Shown piece by piece: positions 1 through 13,039 of a stretch of DNA of 64,000 bases (its first letter is position 1; each line of letters begins with the position of its first letter). Both the position numbers and the translations under genes were made by a program. The DNA is taken from assembly GCA_051294905.1 (NCBI GenBank), contig CM119372.1:34722001-34786000 (forward strand), in the 5' to 3' direction. Source of the DNA: Botryllus schlosseri (taxonomy: Eukaryota). The notes under the pieces are model-generated. The model saw only the letters and a program-made list of their open reading frames with translations, did no database searches and had not been told where the DNA came from.

Positions 1-279
1 GCGAAAAGTTCTAATGTGATAGCAAAAAGTCGTCAACTGAGTCAGCTAGCCTTTTAGAATTTCTATGCTTGTAAGAGGTTCTAAAAGAGAATCTACTTCC
101 CCAACACCGAACTTCACCGCACGTGACTGATTAAATTGATAAAAAATGGCAACGGATTGATTTTTATGCACTTGATCTCTCATTGGACTACGGCACGCAT
201 GCGCACCATAACGTTGCATGGGACTTCCCCAGCATCAAAGCGAACACGCTTTCGTCACGACGTCGGATCCCATGACCAT

Positions 280-993
280 CAGAGATGAGCATGGATTAGG
301 ATTAGGTTTTGAAAAAACAGGATTTGTGAAATTTTGTCGGATTTGGATTGGATTTGGATTAGACATTTTTTTCAGAACGGATTAGGATTTGGATTGGATT
401 GACCTATTTTCTGGGAGATCGAAATGTCGTGTGGCGAATGGCGACAAACTTTATTCAGATCAGTTATTAGGTCCGTGGACATATGAGCATGCGACATTAC
501 AGCATGCGAGACTTCGGCATGCGACACTTTGGCATGCGACACATGAGCATGTGGGTTAAATTACGGGTTAGGGTTAGGTTAGGGTTGGATTTAGGGTTGG
601 GTTAGGGTTAGGCTTTAGGTTAGGTTAGGCTATGTTTCGGGTTGGGGTAAGTTTTGGGGTTATACAGTCACATGCTGAAGTGACGCATGCTGATGTGTTC
701 CATGCTGAACTGTCGTTTTCCATTGTGTCGCATGCTCATATGTCGGGCAACCCAGTTATTAATGTACTTATGGCTACTAAGTTATCTTGAATCAAGTGAA
801 TCGTTGGTTGTGAAAGGAAATCTTCGAATCCCTCCATTGCATAAATTAGTATTTTTTTCTGAATTTCCAGTTGGAATCGGATTAGGATTGGACATGGACT
901 TGAATATGTAAAAGTTATGGATTAGGATTTGGATTTGAAGGTTCGGATTTGGATTGGATTAGGACATAGAAATTTCAAATCCGCTCATCTCTG
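280..993. mobile_element. Non-autonomous hAT-type MITE with GGATTT/GGATTA subterminal repeats
   Basis: TIR CAGAGATGAGC...GCTCATCTCTG; 8-bp TSD ATGACCAT at 272-279 and 994-1001. Confidence 0.9.
470..752. mobile_element. Small MULE/foldback-like MITE with a telomere-like core, nested in the 280-993 element
   Basis: GG...CC ends; inverted GACATATGAGCATGCGACA arms; 9-bp TSD CAGTTATTA at 461-469 and 753-761; TTAGGG/TTAGG run at ~566-660. Confidence 0.8.
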
Positions 994-1679
994 ATGACCA
1001 TGCGGTTAAGTTTTAGCGCGACATGACTTATCGAGAGTGGCAATGATGCAGGCGGGTATATTGTTTAGTGACTTCCAGTATAGTTCACGGCTGCAGGATT
1101 TCTATTAGTAGGATATATCGAGTGAATCAGTTATCATAGGAAATGTATGCAATGCATATTATAATCAATACCGTCTTTATGCTATAACTTCTATTATCAA
1201 TAGGCTAGCTTGTAGGTGTTCATGGGAAAGAATAGCCGTAAATCTGAGAACCAATCTTTTGCACCCGATCAAAGGGATAAATAGGTTGTAGCACCCCATC
1301 GCTTGATCAGTAATGACTAGCTTATATATAGCTTATATACTGACTTATATATAAGAGCAGTGTTATTATATCGGCTGATTGTCTCGAAAGCTCACAATGA
1401 ACTATACGCCAGTCCTCTTCAGCCGCGGTCGCTATGTTTTACTCAAATTTACTCAAAATTGCATATCTCAATCCACATAATACATTGAATGCGTACTGTG
1501 TAGTAATTCTAAACGAGATAAGGCTGCAAGGTTTAATACTAGTTAATGCTAAAACCTAACCACGCTCGATATTCCCTGACCGCGACCTCACTAAATGGTT
1601 ATCGAGCGAAGTCTGTGAAGCATTTTCCGGAAAGCCTTTCTGCGAAACGATTGAAAATCAAATTTGTGATAATATAAAC

Positions 1680-2841
1680 CAGGGACGGGCAACATACGGC
1701 CCGCGACGGGATTTTGTCCGGTCCGCGGACAGTTTCCCGTCTTGCATGATAATGTGACCCGCGGCCCCAGTCTGCCGAGATTCCCCACTACTTGCTTAAA
1801 CGTCAAATTGTAGTGACTCTTTGTTATTATATACGTGTGTGCGCAGCGTGCGAAAGTAGAGGTTACGCGTAAGTTCGTTGAACCGAGAAGACTTGCATTA
1901 TCGGCATTTACCATGTACTCAACCCAATGAATTGATATATTGGTCAATTTGCGGTACCGGGCTTATCGAACGCCTTGAAATCTTAATTAAGGATTGCACC
2001 ATAGTGTCCTATATGGTGTGGACACAACCAAATCTCACGGCTCAGTGAGATTGGTCTACGACACACTTTCCATTTCGCTAAAGGCAATTTGACGGTAATT
2101 TTTGATCGTCTTGCCGAGCAGTCAAGTTGATAAAACTGGTATCAATCGAAAGCTACCGCGGTTTTGATTGACTAAATATAAATTTTATTTTGCTTGTGAC
2201 CCTGGAACCCCTCAAAATCAGCCTCGTATGTACCATTGTAACGGAGTTTGAGGTTGTGACGCAGCGATGCCGTCTGAGCAACTCGGTAGCAAGTGCGCAC
2301 GAGAGTGAGAGTGTGAATGCCCAATCGGTTGCGCAACAATGGCCAATACGCTTGCGATTTGCGCTGCTCCCACTTGCTTCCAGACGGCACGGTTGCGTCA
2401 CAATACCAAACTCCGTTATAATGCAACTTTCAGGGCTGATTTAGGGGGGTTCCAGGGTCGTGAGCAGAATAAAATCTGTATTTTCGCAATCAGTACCGCG
2501 GTAGCTTTCGATTGATACCCGATTTATGAAATTTCTCGCTCGGCAAGCCGGTCATTATAGTACATTAAGATTACACCGTGTGTTAATTGATCAGAGAGAA
2601 GCAGACATGGCGGCGCCGGAATGACAATGCTGTTCTCAAATCCACATTGTCTTCGTAATTATCGGCGAGAAATGTCTTTAAAGTGACATTGCAATGCTGT
2701 CGTTAAATACATTAATTAAATACGATTTATTCCGTGTACATATATGTGGATAAGTAGGCTAGTAATGTATCCATTCAGCAATCCGGCCCGCCAAGTGCTT
2801 AATTTTCCTATATCCGGCCCGACGATTGGAGAAGTTGCCCG
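1680..2841. mobile_element. Decayed hAT-Charlie-like element with an internal inverted-repeat segment (~2110-2547)
   Basis: CAGGGACGGGCAAC...CGGCCCGCG left end and CGGCCCG...GTTGCCCG right end; internal inverted arms ~2110-2222 and ~2433-2547; no TSD found. Confidence 0.5.
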
Positions 2842-3973
2842 AAGGTAAATCATAAGAAGCAGTTTGCTGATTAGCTGCTAAAACTTCATGGCTTACCTTA
2901 GCTGACTGGCAGTTAGCGGTAAAATATCATACTGTGGCTGCTCATTTCAACTGCGTGGAAATGAGATTTCCCATTGTACTATTCACGTTTGACACGGAAA
3001 AAAATCACATTTTCAAATATTTGAATAAAATTGTTTTTGTGCCGGGCATAATTTTTCTAATTATTGCGTTCAATCAATCAATCAGTCAGTTTTTATTAAT
3101 ATTTTCATCATTTCAAAACATCACAAGACTGCGATACAACGAAAAGATAGAAAGGTGTCGATACAACTTAGAGTAGCCTTTAAGATCAGACACCCATCTT
3201 AGCCTAGCCCAGGGGTTCTCAAAGGGTGGGCCACAGGAGCATTTGAAGTCGGCCACAAAGCTATTTAGAAAATTTTAGAATTAATGTAAGTTTAGGTATA
3301 TTTGTTATGTTAAACGCTAAAAATATATTCATAAACCTTTCTATCCGACTCTGATGAGACGTAGTAGCACGTACGGAGTCAGAACGTACAAGTAGAAAAC
3401 GGGAGGGACAAACGGTGGCTTTTTCCAATGGTTATGAAAACCTACGGCTAACAGCAACTAAAATAATTTGGAGTATTTACTAACTGGACGGTATTGCTGA
3501 AGTAACCAAGCACTCCGGCAGGGTCATATGTCGTATGCCGTTGGAAGGGGTGTGCAATAAACTCGGAATGAAGTGCAATTGATGGATAGATTTCCTGTAC
3601 TTCGGCAGGTCGTATTATTGTAAGATAAAAATAGCCGTAATTGCAAATTATTAGCAACTTCTGGTGAAGGTATACTGCACTACTGCAACGAATCGTAATG
3701 GATTGAGGATTTAGCGAAGCGCATTAATCTTTGGAGTCGGTTTAAAATGTCCGGCCTGGAAATCATTGTACATAATGTAAGAGTCACATGAATTAATTGT
3801 ATCACTGGATTGGATATTCTGACATCGCAACTTCAGTTAGTTTGATACAAGACATACAATGTACATTGTACAGCATGCATATTAAAAAAAACTCCTTCAC
3901 TTCTCTGTAGTAGGCTACCCCATTCATTAATAAATTGTTTGAAGCTGGCCCAGAATGATGATGAGAACCACTG

Positions 3974-4080
3974 ATTTAGAATAAATTGCTTGTATTTCGA
4001 CTTGAATGCGGTCATGCTCGACGACTGTCGGATATCCGGCGAGATGCTGTTCCACAATTGCAGTACGGCATTCTTGATAG
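3974..4080 (-). mobile_element. 3' fragment of a non-LTR retrotransposon (CR1/L2-like ORF2 C-terminus)
   Basis: Translation WNSISPDIRQSSSMTAFKSKYKQFIL fits the WNxLP...S...FK..LK C-terminal motif of this LINE group. Confidence 0.55.
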
Positions 4081-7000
4081 AGTTATAGACATCATGCGAG
4101 AGGATGCATCATGACATCGTAAAACTGTCGGGTTATAACACTGCAGCTAGTGGACCTTTGACGTGCCACAATTTTATGTAGAATATTTTAAAATCTACTG
4201 AAGATTGATCTGATATCAGAGCATTTCAGCGTTGTAGCCTAATCCTGGTTTTGATATAATCGTGATAAGGATAGGCTATTGTTACTGTCATTGCTGAAGT
4301 CGAATTAAATCGGCGTTAGATTTTGCCTTCGAATATTATTGGAACATATCAATAATAACTTAAATATAATCATTATTGAGCCATAGTAATAGCATTGCTT
4401 CTTAACCTTTTTAGCGATCGTAACCCTTGTGCTTCCAATGGGATTTCTCGTAGCCGCTATGTCCATTCTCAACACAACCTCTGATGGTACCTATATTAAA
4501 AATCAGAAAGCCCATTCACATAAAATCGCGCGAAGACTATATTCCAGTTGAATAAATTGGCCAGGAAATTATTCCACAGCATATAGGCCTGATTCCACAA
4601 TGCATCTCCTACACCCTGCTGTGGTGATTCATACCCCGATGGGGTCTACGGACCCTGGTTAAGAACCCCTGGAATAGAAATGTCCAATCGGCGAAGAATT
4701 CATTCGTGTTACAGCTGTAGAGCGTACTACTACCCTACTCGCCACCGATAATAACACGGATAAAGAGAACAAACAACAAGTTTGTTGAGATTTCAGCGAC
4801 TTTTGTAGTAGTTTTTGTGTGAACTTTAAGTTCTTATATCTAGAAAAGATATATGGCACTTGAATATATTGTTGAATACTTGAAATTCCAAAATGCCGTC
4901 GCAGGCCGCATGCGGCCCGCAGGTCGTGTGTTTGAGACCTCTGTTCCAGAGTTATTTTCCTCAAGGTCGATTTGGGTGATAGAGTCTGTCAGAGTTTATC
5001 GACTTTCGAAAAATCGTGGTTTTCAGTCCGTTTCCTGTTTCATATACCAGAAAAGCGTATTCCGTCTACTTTTTCTGTAATTCTTTTTTTGTGTGCATTA
5101 TGAACTGAATGAAAATCGTATAAAATGGGAGATTCCCTTATAATTTAAGCGCCACGATTTTGTCTAGCCTATAGTAAATGCAATATATATCAGGGCTCAT
5201 GCGGTTGCTATTGTTTGGACTTTGGAGTGATATAAAATCCCACTATAGAACAGGGGTGACCAACACGTGGCCCGTGTGGTCATATTTTGCGGCCAGCGAT
5301 GAGTTGAAAATCCGGAAGAAGGCTTATTAAAGACTTTTGAAATGCTGGAATTTCAGCTTCAAAATATTATCGTTGTTGTTCAAAGTAGAAGGAGGTGAAT
5401 AGGACGAAGTTAATAGGTAATTGGCACGCATGTCTTTTATTGCACGATTTTTTAGTCCTAATTCTATATTGTAGATCGTGAAATCGTTTACAAATGATTG
5501 GTCTCTGTTTGGCTACGTACCCAGTGAGCTATTGAACGACGAATATATTGTCATTCGAAAGTCAGAGTTCGAACAGTCAATGCTAACATGCCCACCAGCC
5601 CACTACATAACGTTGTGAGCGAGGAATTCTGCTCTTTAAATTCAACCCAAAATATATTTCTGCAAGGATGATGATACGCTTTTGAGAGGACTTGCATTCG
5701 AAACAAGGCTATGCCTTTCTTCGCACAACTGGCTAAAGATAATTAATAGGAACGCTCGCATTACTGACGGATTTTGTGTTTGTATGTTGAGTAGGCCGCG
5801 CATTTGTTTGTTTGTTTGATTATTATTTTCATCAATTACAATCACCAAAACATCGCCATGCAATTGATAGGAAGGAGTCGAACTGACATCTACCTTTGCA
5901 TTGCATATAGAAATTTCAAATACTCGGAATTGAAAATGAATGTAATTTTCGCTTGATTTCCTGCAAATGATATTCGGTAATTGCGCGATCTTCTTAAGGT
6001 TAAATCCACTGTGTTTCTGTATTATAGCCAATGGGTGTTGAAAGTCGCTACGATAATATGGATTGATCATGAAACATGTGCCTCTATTCTTGTATTACAC
6101 AATTAGGTTTGATGTCATGGTAACATTTGTCTGACATTTGGTTTCCCTGAAGAGGTTCAACGTGCGTGGTAATATGCCAGAAAGGCTGCTTCTGTTCGAC
6201 CTGCTAAAGTTAACCAGTCGTATCACAGAAGCCTAACGTTTTCTTACGAGCTGGTCGTCATTTACTGCCCTGGAATGGCATCCCACAAAATAGTTATTGA
6301 ACGTAGTGATGGTGTAAACGTGAGATTCACGTTCCCGTTCTGTGTGTGAACCTCTGGAATTTGGAGGTTCGCGTTCGCAAACTAACCTTGGACTGTGAAC
6401 TTCTCTCATGTCATAAAATTCCCACGTCATCATAACGCAGTGGTTCCCAAACGGTAGGGAATTCCCCACTGGTGGGGAATTCAATGGTTTCTGGTGGGGA
6501 ATAGACGCATTCGTTCAAAATTATATACAGGACAGTCTACATATTCACGGAGACGCATGAGCAATTACCGTTACCAGTTAACTGCTCTGGAATATATGCA
6601 TCGAAAATTATATTGCGTGTTGTTCACAAAACTTCATTTTTAACTCTGGATGGCCAATAATGGCGTCACAAACGCATTCAGCACGACTAGTTTGACGTGA
6701 AATAACGCTTTCGCGAAATTTTAAGCGTTACTGGTATCGGTTCACGATACGTTTTATGTTGCAGGTTTAGGCGATTGTCTTGCGTATTGGTGTGGTTGTG
6801 TGTCTTGTGTAGTCAAACCAGCAGATAGCTGGTCTGTGATGACAAAAGTGCTGGGTAGTGGGGAAGAGGACCGTAACAGCCGCACCCCAAACCCCGCGGT
6901 TGGGGGGGGGGCGAGTTCGAAGAGGCTCAAAATTATTTGGCAAATTAACATAAATTAAAGTAATTTTTTTGGAAATTTATGCCACCTTTTCGAAATTTTT

Positions 7001-7714
7001 TCGCGCTGCTTGCGCGATTCAATATTGCCGAGTATCCGATTATTGGGTACCCTTCCCCCACGAAAATAAGTAGAATTTATAGAAACGGAAACTTCGGCGT
7101 CTGCCATTACTGCGCCACGAAGCACCAAGGCATATTAAGTTATAGGCTATGTAACATGCAACTCCGAGAAGTGTGGCAGAACGATCAGCAGCAAGAAGAG
7201 CTTGGCCTAGACGTAATGGCCTTGTGGTGACCGGAAACTTCGATACAGTATACATATATGTTTAATTGTCCATAGACGGCTAAATGGCTGGCGCCAAATG
7301 TTCCTGTCCAGGCGATCTGAACCCCCCAGGGCAAATGCCATCCCGCAGGGAAAAATTATTTGCCAGTAAAGCAATACCAATTTGAAATCGTTTGCGCCTT
7401 TTAGTTTTGGCGATTTCCATATCTTTTGACATAGCAGATAGGAGGTCACAAAATAGCATAATGTCATGAATTCAATATACCAACGGGTCCGCCCGAGATG
7501 TTTAATTCATATTTAGTGGTCCTACCTTTTCCAACACACCTCACTCAGCTCTACCGGTAAATCTGATTACGTGAGCAAAGAGGGGATAAAAAATTGATAA
7601 CAAAATATATGCACTTCCCAATCATATTGACCGATTCAAACACGAAATATGAAAATTTTTCGCGCTTGGCGCGTTTAGTCGAAGTAAGGCGACGCAAGTA
7701 GTATAGTAGATCGG

Positions 7715-8210
7715 TCGTGACCTGCCATTGGTTTCTTATGGGCCCGCTGGTGAGGTGCCGCGAAACTCGTGTTGGTGATGGCACCCTTTTGACCCCCCCT
7801 TCCGCTGGTGAGGTGCCATGTGTTCTTATGGGATCTCTGGTGATGGTACCCTTTCGGGTATAGGCTTCGTCGGTGATGTGCCGTGAAAACTCGTGTTGGT
7901 GATGGAACCCTTTCAGACCCCCTATCGCTCGTGATGTGCCATTGTTTCTTACGGGATCTCTGGTGGTGTACCATTGGTTCTTATGGGATCTCTGGTGAGG
8001 TGTCATGTGTTCTTATGGGTGCGGTCGTGACTCGCCTTTTCGGATATAGGCCGCGGTCGTGATTCGCCGTGAAAACTCGGAGTCGTGACTCACCTTTTTT
8101 GTTATAGACGGTGGCAGTGATTCGCCTGTCGTGTATTCTTACGGGATCTCTGGTGATTTACCATGCGTTCTTACGGGCGTGGCGGTGATTCGTACTTTCG
8201 AGTATAGACA
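7715..8210 (+). repeat. GC-rich subterminal tandem array (~30-bp GGTGAT-anchored units, ~124-bp higher-order period); mirrored at ~21690-22185
   Basis: Recurrent GGTGATG/GTGATTCGCC, TTCTTATGGG and AAACTCGTG motifs. Confidence 0.85.
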
Positions 8211-8663
8211 TCTCTCGCGCGGTGTTGAATATGTACGAGTCACCAACAATAACCGCACCAACGGAAACGCGGCTTGCAATAGGATTACGCGTGCGACCTA
8301 TATTTCGAATGACCTGCGCGCTGAATTATTTCTCGTCCAGCCGCTACTATCGATTATTACACTAGACCGGTCAGTGTGAAATAGTTTGATCGTAAATTAT
8401 GATATATGATGTCGTAGTTTAGTCGTGTCAAATGACCGATCGTGTTCCTCGCTATTGATTGCTACCTGAATAATACTTTCGGCTTATTCGCTGTTTCGCA
8501 CCTACAGAATAGTCTGCTGTTCACAGTCACAACTTCATCGCGATAGCACAATTTTCACACCTCGATCAGTAGAACAACACCGCACTAACCCAGTTGTCGA
8601 ATCACATAGGTCATACATTTTACGCGAAATGAAATATTGTATTGTGGTATACAAATATGCAAA

Positions 8664-9299
8664 CTATTCTTTCAATTCAACAAGTCTAGTTAACGAATCG
8701 ATTTTCAAGCTACCGACACAGTTTCTAACACGAGTGAGTTGATATTTCTTCCCGGGTACGAGCGAGGCTTTGTTCCATTGATCCAAAACCACCTCGCCAG
8801 TATCATCCTTCAATGTAAAACTGTATAATTTCAACTCCTTTCCGGCGCCAGAATTGACCATCTTCTCCTCTCGAGAAACACAAGTAGCGGCGATCGAGAC
8901 GTATTCATCTTTATTTCCGTATACCGATTCACAGGTCAATAATGGGTATTCTTCAGTCGTATGTCTCGATTTTCCATGTAGAGTTACTGACGAAGCCCGA
9001 CCAAGTAATACAGCGGGTTTTCCAGTAAATTTATCAATTTGAACCCAACCGGATTTGACCATGAGTTTTTTTCGTTTGGTGAATGCTTTCTCAATGTTCC
9101 CGAACAAATCACGATTGAAACACGTGAAAGATATCTCTTCGTTATTGTCGTCGATGAATATACCTTTGAGATATTGGCTAACGCCGCCTCTTTTTGGTGA
9201 TGAGGCGAATTTGACACCGACGTGGAAATTTGAAGTTGCTCCGACTTGCATAGTGTTGACGCTGTTCGATGTCACATCGTTTGATAAAGTGGGAGTCAT
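8664..9299 (-). CDS. 211-aa putative ssDNA-binding protein with two tandem OB folds (RPA1/SSB-like)
   Basis: Intact ATG-to-TAG ORF; motifs KGIFIDDNNEEISFTCF and LYSFTLKDDTGEVVLDQWN resemble the D-x-[ST]G-x-I-x-x-T-x-[FW] strand motif of RPA-type OB folds. Confidence 0.75.
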   Translation of the reverse strand: MTPTLSNDVTSNSVNTMQVGATSNFHVGVKFASSPKRGGVSQYLKGIFIDDNNEEISFTCFNRDLFGNIEKAFTKRKKLMVKSGWVQIDKFTGKPAVLLGRASSVTLHGKSRHTTEEYPLLTCESVYGNKDEYVSIAATCVSREEKMVNSGAGKELKLYSFTLKDDTGEVVLDQWNKASLVPGKKYQLTRVRNCVGSLKIDSLTRLVELKE

Positions 9300-11279
9300 C
9301 AGTGTAACTCACTACACAAATCAAGTTGAATCGTATTTGAATGTATTGATTCGACCCAACTCAAATCCTATTAACGCGATCTGTTGAATCGAACGTAACC
9401 TGAATATTACTGACGCCAACATTCACCCTCATCGGATCATTCACACATTCCACGCCGCTGTTTTAACACTTATAGAATCAATACCAACTATCTCTGACCC
9501 GATAATATTCAATCATTTTGGTAATTCGCCAACTTTAAATCCATTCGCGGGATGTACTAAAGGTAAATCCAAATAATCCAGAATGAAATATTTGGACTTT
9601 GACATTGTGTGAATTGAAATAGGATTGACAAACATGACTACCAACTTTGATCCAGCCACATTTCAAGATTATACTTTGAAACAAGTAATGTAACATTACA
9701 ACTCTATTCACAATCCTGCTTTCCGTTTATCAAAGAGATATTTTAACATCTTACCATACTCAAAAGAATTATTCACAACATTAACAATTGTTAAAAATCT
9801 AGTTTCACTTACTTGATTATATCATTACAACTCACAAATTTGAATTAATTCATCCTGGTTGTATTCGTATGCTCTATCTTTTTATTCAATTGTAAAGGTT
9901 GGTACTATTCTGAAGACAAAGTATTTACTAATCGGCGCATATACCATTTGACTTGGACATATTATATTTTGAGTATACGAGATTTGAATGTCTGAACAAT
10001 AACTGAGAATTAATTTATCACAATTAAATCCGTATATTACAGCGTAAAAGATATTGGGATGTCAGCAACTCTGTACGGTCGTAGTTACAACCACATTAAC
10101 TAATCTACCCAGGCAACTCGTCATGATCATTCCTGAAATCAACACAAACACGACCACTGACTTGAGTTAACCGCGAAACACCATCAAGTTTTAAATCCGC
10201 TTGCAGCTGACGGATTATTCGAATGCATCGATGGGGAATATTATTGAACTCGTCGGTATTGTTACTTCAACAAATTACACCGACTGCGAAAGTTAATATC
10301 GAATGGTAAGACTTGATCACATATTTGTTGATCACAGACATGACGAAAAAACATTACCGAGATTTTATAAACTAGTCATATTACTCTACACATCTATCAA
10401 TATCAAAATGCGAGTCATCCAATTATTCTACTAAAGTAACATTGCACTTTCGGATTCGAATTCGGTATAGTCATACAAATTGTATTAAATCCAACATCAA
10501 AACAAAAGGAATTTTTTTTTTAGTTTATTGAAATCAAATCATTCGTCTTCGACTTGTGCTTTTCTAGATTACCCGCGACAATTCGTTTCGAGTGAGTTGT
10601 AACCAAAGTCAAGATATCTTTGTGTCCACAGATATGGAAGATGAATATAGCTAACACAATCACGAATCGACGTTTCAGAGTATTTCACGGGTGTAATAAA
10701 CTTGTTAGTGTCACCTATCTAAAAGTACGCACGCGTTCGATTTCCATACCGACTGTTGCGATGTTTAGGATTCACTTACAATAACCACGGGTGAGGATTT
10801 AACATCGATGTCGTTACTGTCGGAATTTGCGACAGAGAATTGAAACATATGCACTTTACAGAGTGTGAAAATATCACTTTGAGTATCGAGTACCGTTCGA
10901 AGCTAGCGATCAATTCTTAATCATTTCAGTAACTCCCCATTGTGCGTGCTAAATGTAAAATATCGCGAGGTTATACACTCTAAGACTTTGATTATTGTAA
11001 AAGTAAATTGTGATATGTTTGTTAGATGCATCCAATTCAACTAGAAGTGTCTAGTATCCAACACTCGTAATATCAAAAAAGTACTCGCTACACTGTTATT
11101 TGCTAAACGTGTTTTGCATTGTTGTTCATTTCTAGTATTGATTGAAATTGTTTTTGAACCCTCAAATAATAATTCCCGACATGAAACTAAGCCGCCGAAA
11201 GTCGTTACCATCACAAAGAAACAATTTGCACGATGTTTACTAAATGTATCCTATAGTTAGGTGTACTGGAATTATTTGT

Positions 11280-11282
<3 letters not shown>

Positions 11283-11318
<36 letters not shown>
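11283..11318 (+). repeat. (AC)18 microsatellite, mirrored as (GT)18 at 18580-18615
   Basis: Counted directly; absent from the homologous position (~58065) of the diverged copy. Confidence 0.95.
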
Positions 11319-11320
<2 letters not shown>

Positions 11321-13039
11321 TCAGAGAAATTGGAAGTTTTTCCGTTGTCATTCGCTAAAGTAAATGTCATCACAATACTCTGTCACTAAAAGACGTTACT
11401 TGGACGTGCTTGAATTCTAGACATAGTTCTGATTTACCCAACACAAGACCCAAGGACAACCCTAGTTTCAACCGAACACAGATATCCAAAATATCACACA
11501 CTTCGCTATTCCTAAAGCACAAACACACGATACAAAATAATCCTTGTTGTGTTGTTGCGGCATCATCACTCAACAATATCACCCTCAATACAAATGATGT
11601 TTATGTGTAACATGCTATTGATTTGAACCACACCCACCTGACGGAAGAGGATTTACTCAATCTTTACAAAATGGATATTGACCAACATCACATCACCGGA
11701 TTGTATCTGTTTCGCTGGATACGAGTTATGTTAGTTTAACAGTAAACAAATTTCACCCTCTTGGATTATGAACTCAATGCGTTAGCAGTCATTCAATAGT
11801 TTGTTTGTGTCAACTAGTTACTTGGTATGTTACTCCACAACTCTTACAAAAGTACGAAGGATATTAACATCGCACTAAGTAATTAACTTTACTCGATATT
11901 CTCGCATTACGAAACTAAAGAATGGTTGGTTAGACTCTACAAACTGTTTCGATATCACAAGACCTTTATTGTCTGAATGGGTGTTCATGTGTCTTAAGAA
12001 CCAAATAGTTCAACACAGCACTAGTACCAACAGAAACATCAGAGTTGTTTACACAAAAGTTTGTATGTGTACAGTATGCGAATACCACGTGTAAGTCCAG
12101 CACAATTGCAGTATCCATCCGAGTTTAGTCAACACAAATTTATTACAACGGAGCCACGTAAACTTTCGTGAAAGAAAAGCATACTCACTTCCAGAGGGTT
12201 ATGTCAACACCATAGCAGTAAATCAGCTACTCCAACAACAAAGTACATATGTTTCTAGCCACGATCCTTACATCTTTCACATAGATCAATCTAGTTTGCT
12301 AACGAAAAGTGCTGAGTCACCACATGATCGACCTCACAACAAAACAACTAGTAGATATTATCATTCAAAATATTCCTAACCCTTTACACACCAGTGACAA
12401 ATCATACAACGAATATGTTTTGTGGGTCGAATTGTTGTTCAGTGTCAAGTCTACCTGTTGAAACGTACATTAAAACAGCGCAATTCAATTAAAACCACGA
12501 ATCTATTTTCATTTCCTCACAAACTGTCACATACAGAAAAATAAATTTTATTCCGCCAAAACATACTTGTAACCAATCGCTTTCATTAAACACACAACAC
12601 CATAAAAGTATTTACTTTCTACAACATAGACATTCTGATGTAGTCAAGAAATATTTTTATTAATCAAAATCATCGACTTCTGTTTACGGCGTTAGTGTGT
12701 GCATGTGGGATCCGTATTAAAATGGACACGACACGACTGAATGTAAGGAGATAGAAGTCTATCGCATAGATTTACATGTGGTCTTCGCTACGGTTTCAAA
12801 AAACGAATCATCTCTTTTGCATTGATCGAGACCGAGCAAGTTAGTTAATGGTCATGATTGTGTTTGTCATATGCGAATGATAGGGTTACTGTCAAATCTA
12901 CATACAACAACCTTCTGGCACTCATAATAGTAATTTCATTCTCTCCCTTCGTAATTGTAGACTCACGACAAGTATATTGTACAACTCGACAGCTACGTTT
13001 ACCAACACCAACGACACTAAACATACGATACCTACCCAA

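Noticed and set aside
566..660. True telomere or chromosome-fusion site
   Set aside because: Short, degenerate, single orientation and enclosed by MITE arms with a TSD
3345..3400. Hammerhead-like CTGATGA-GAC...GTC motif (a similar one on the minus strand at ~54820-54842)
   Set aside because: GAAA box broken in the first; stems I and II not formable in the second
3210..3973. Single hAT element from CAGGGGTTCTCA to TGAGAACCACTG
   Set aside because: Flanking 8-mers (GCCTAGCC vs ATTTAGAA) do not match, so the two ends cannot be confidently paired
7551..8006. His/Arg/Thr-rich ORFs at the element ends (also 21892-22211 and 54887-55441)
   Set aside because: Chance translations of the subterminal tandem array, open in several frames
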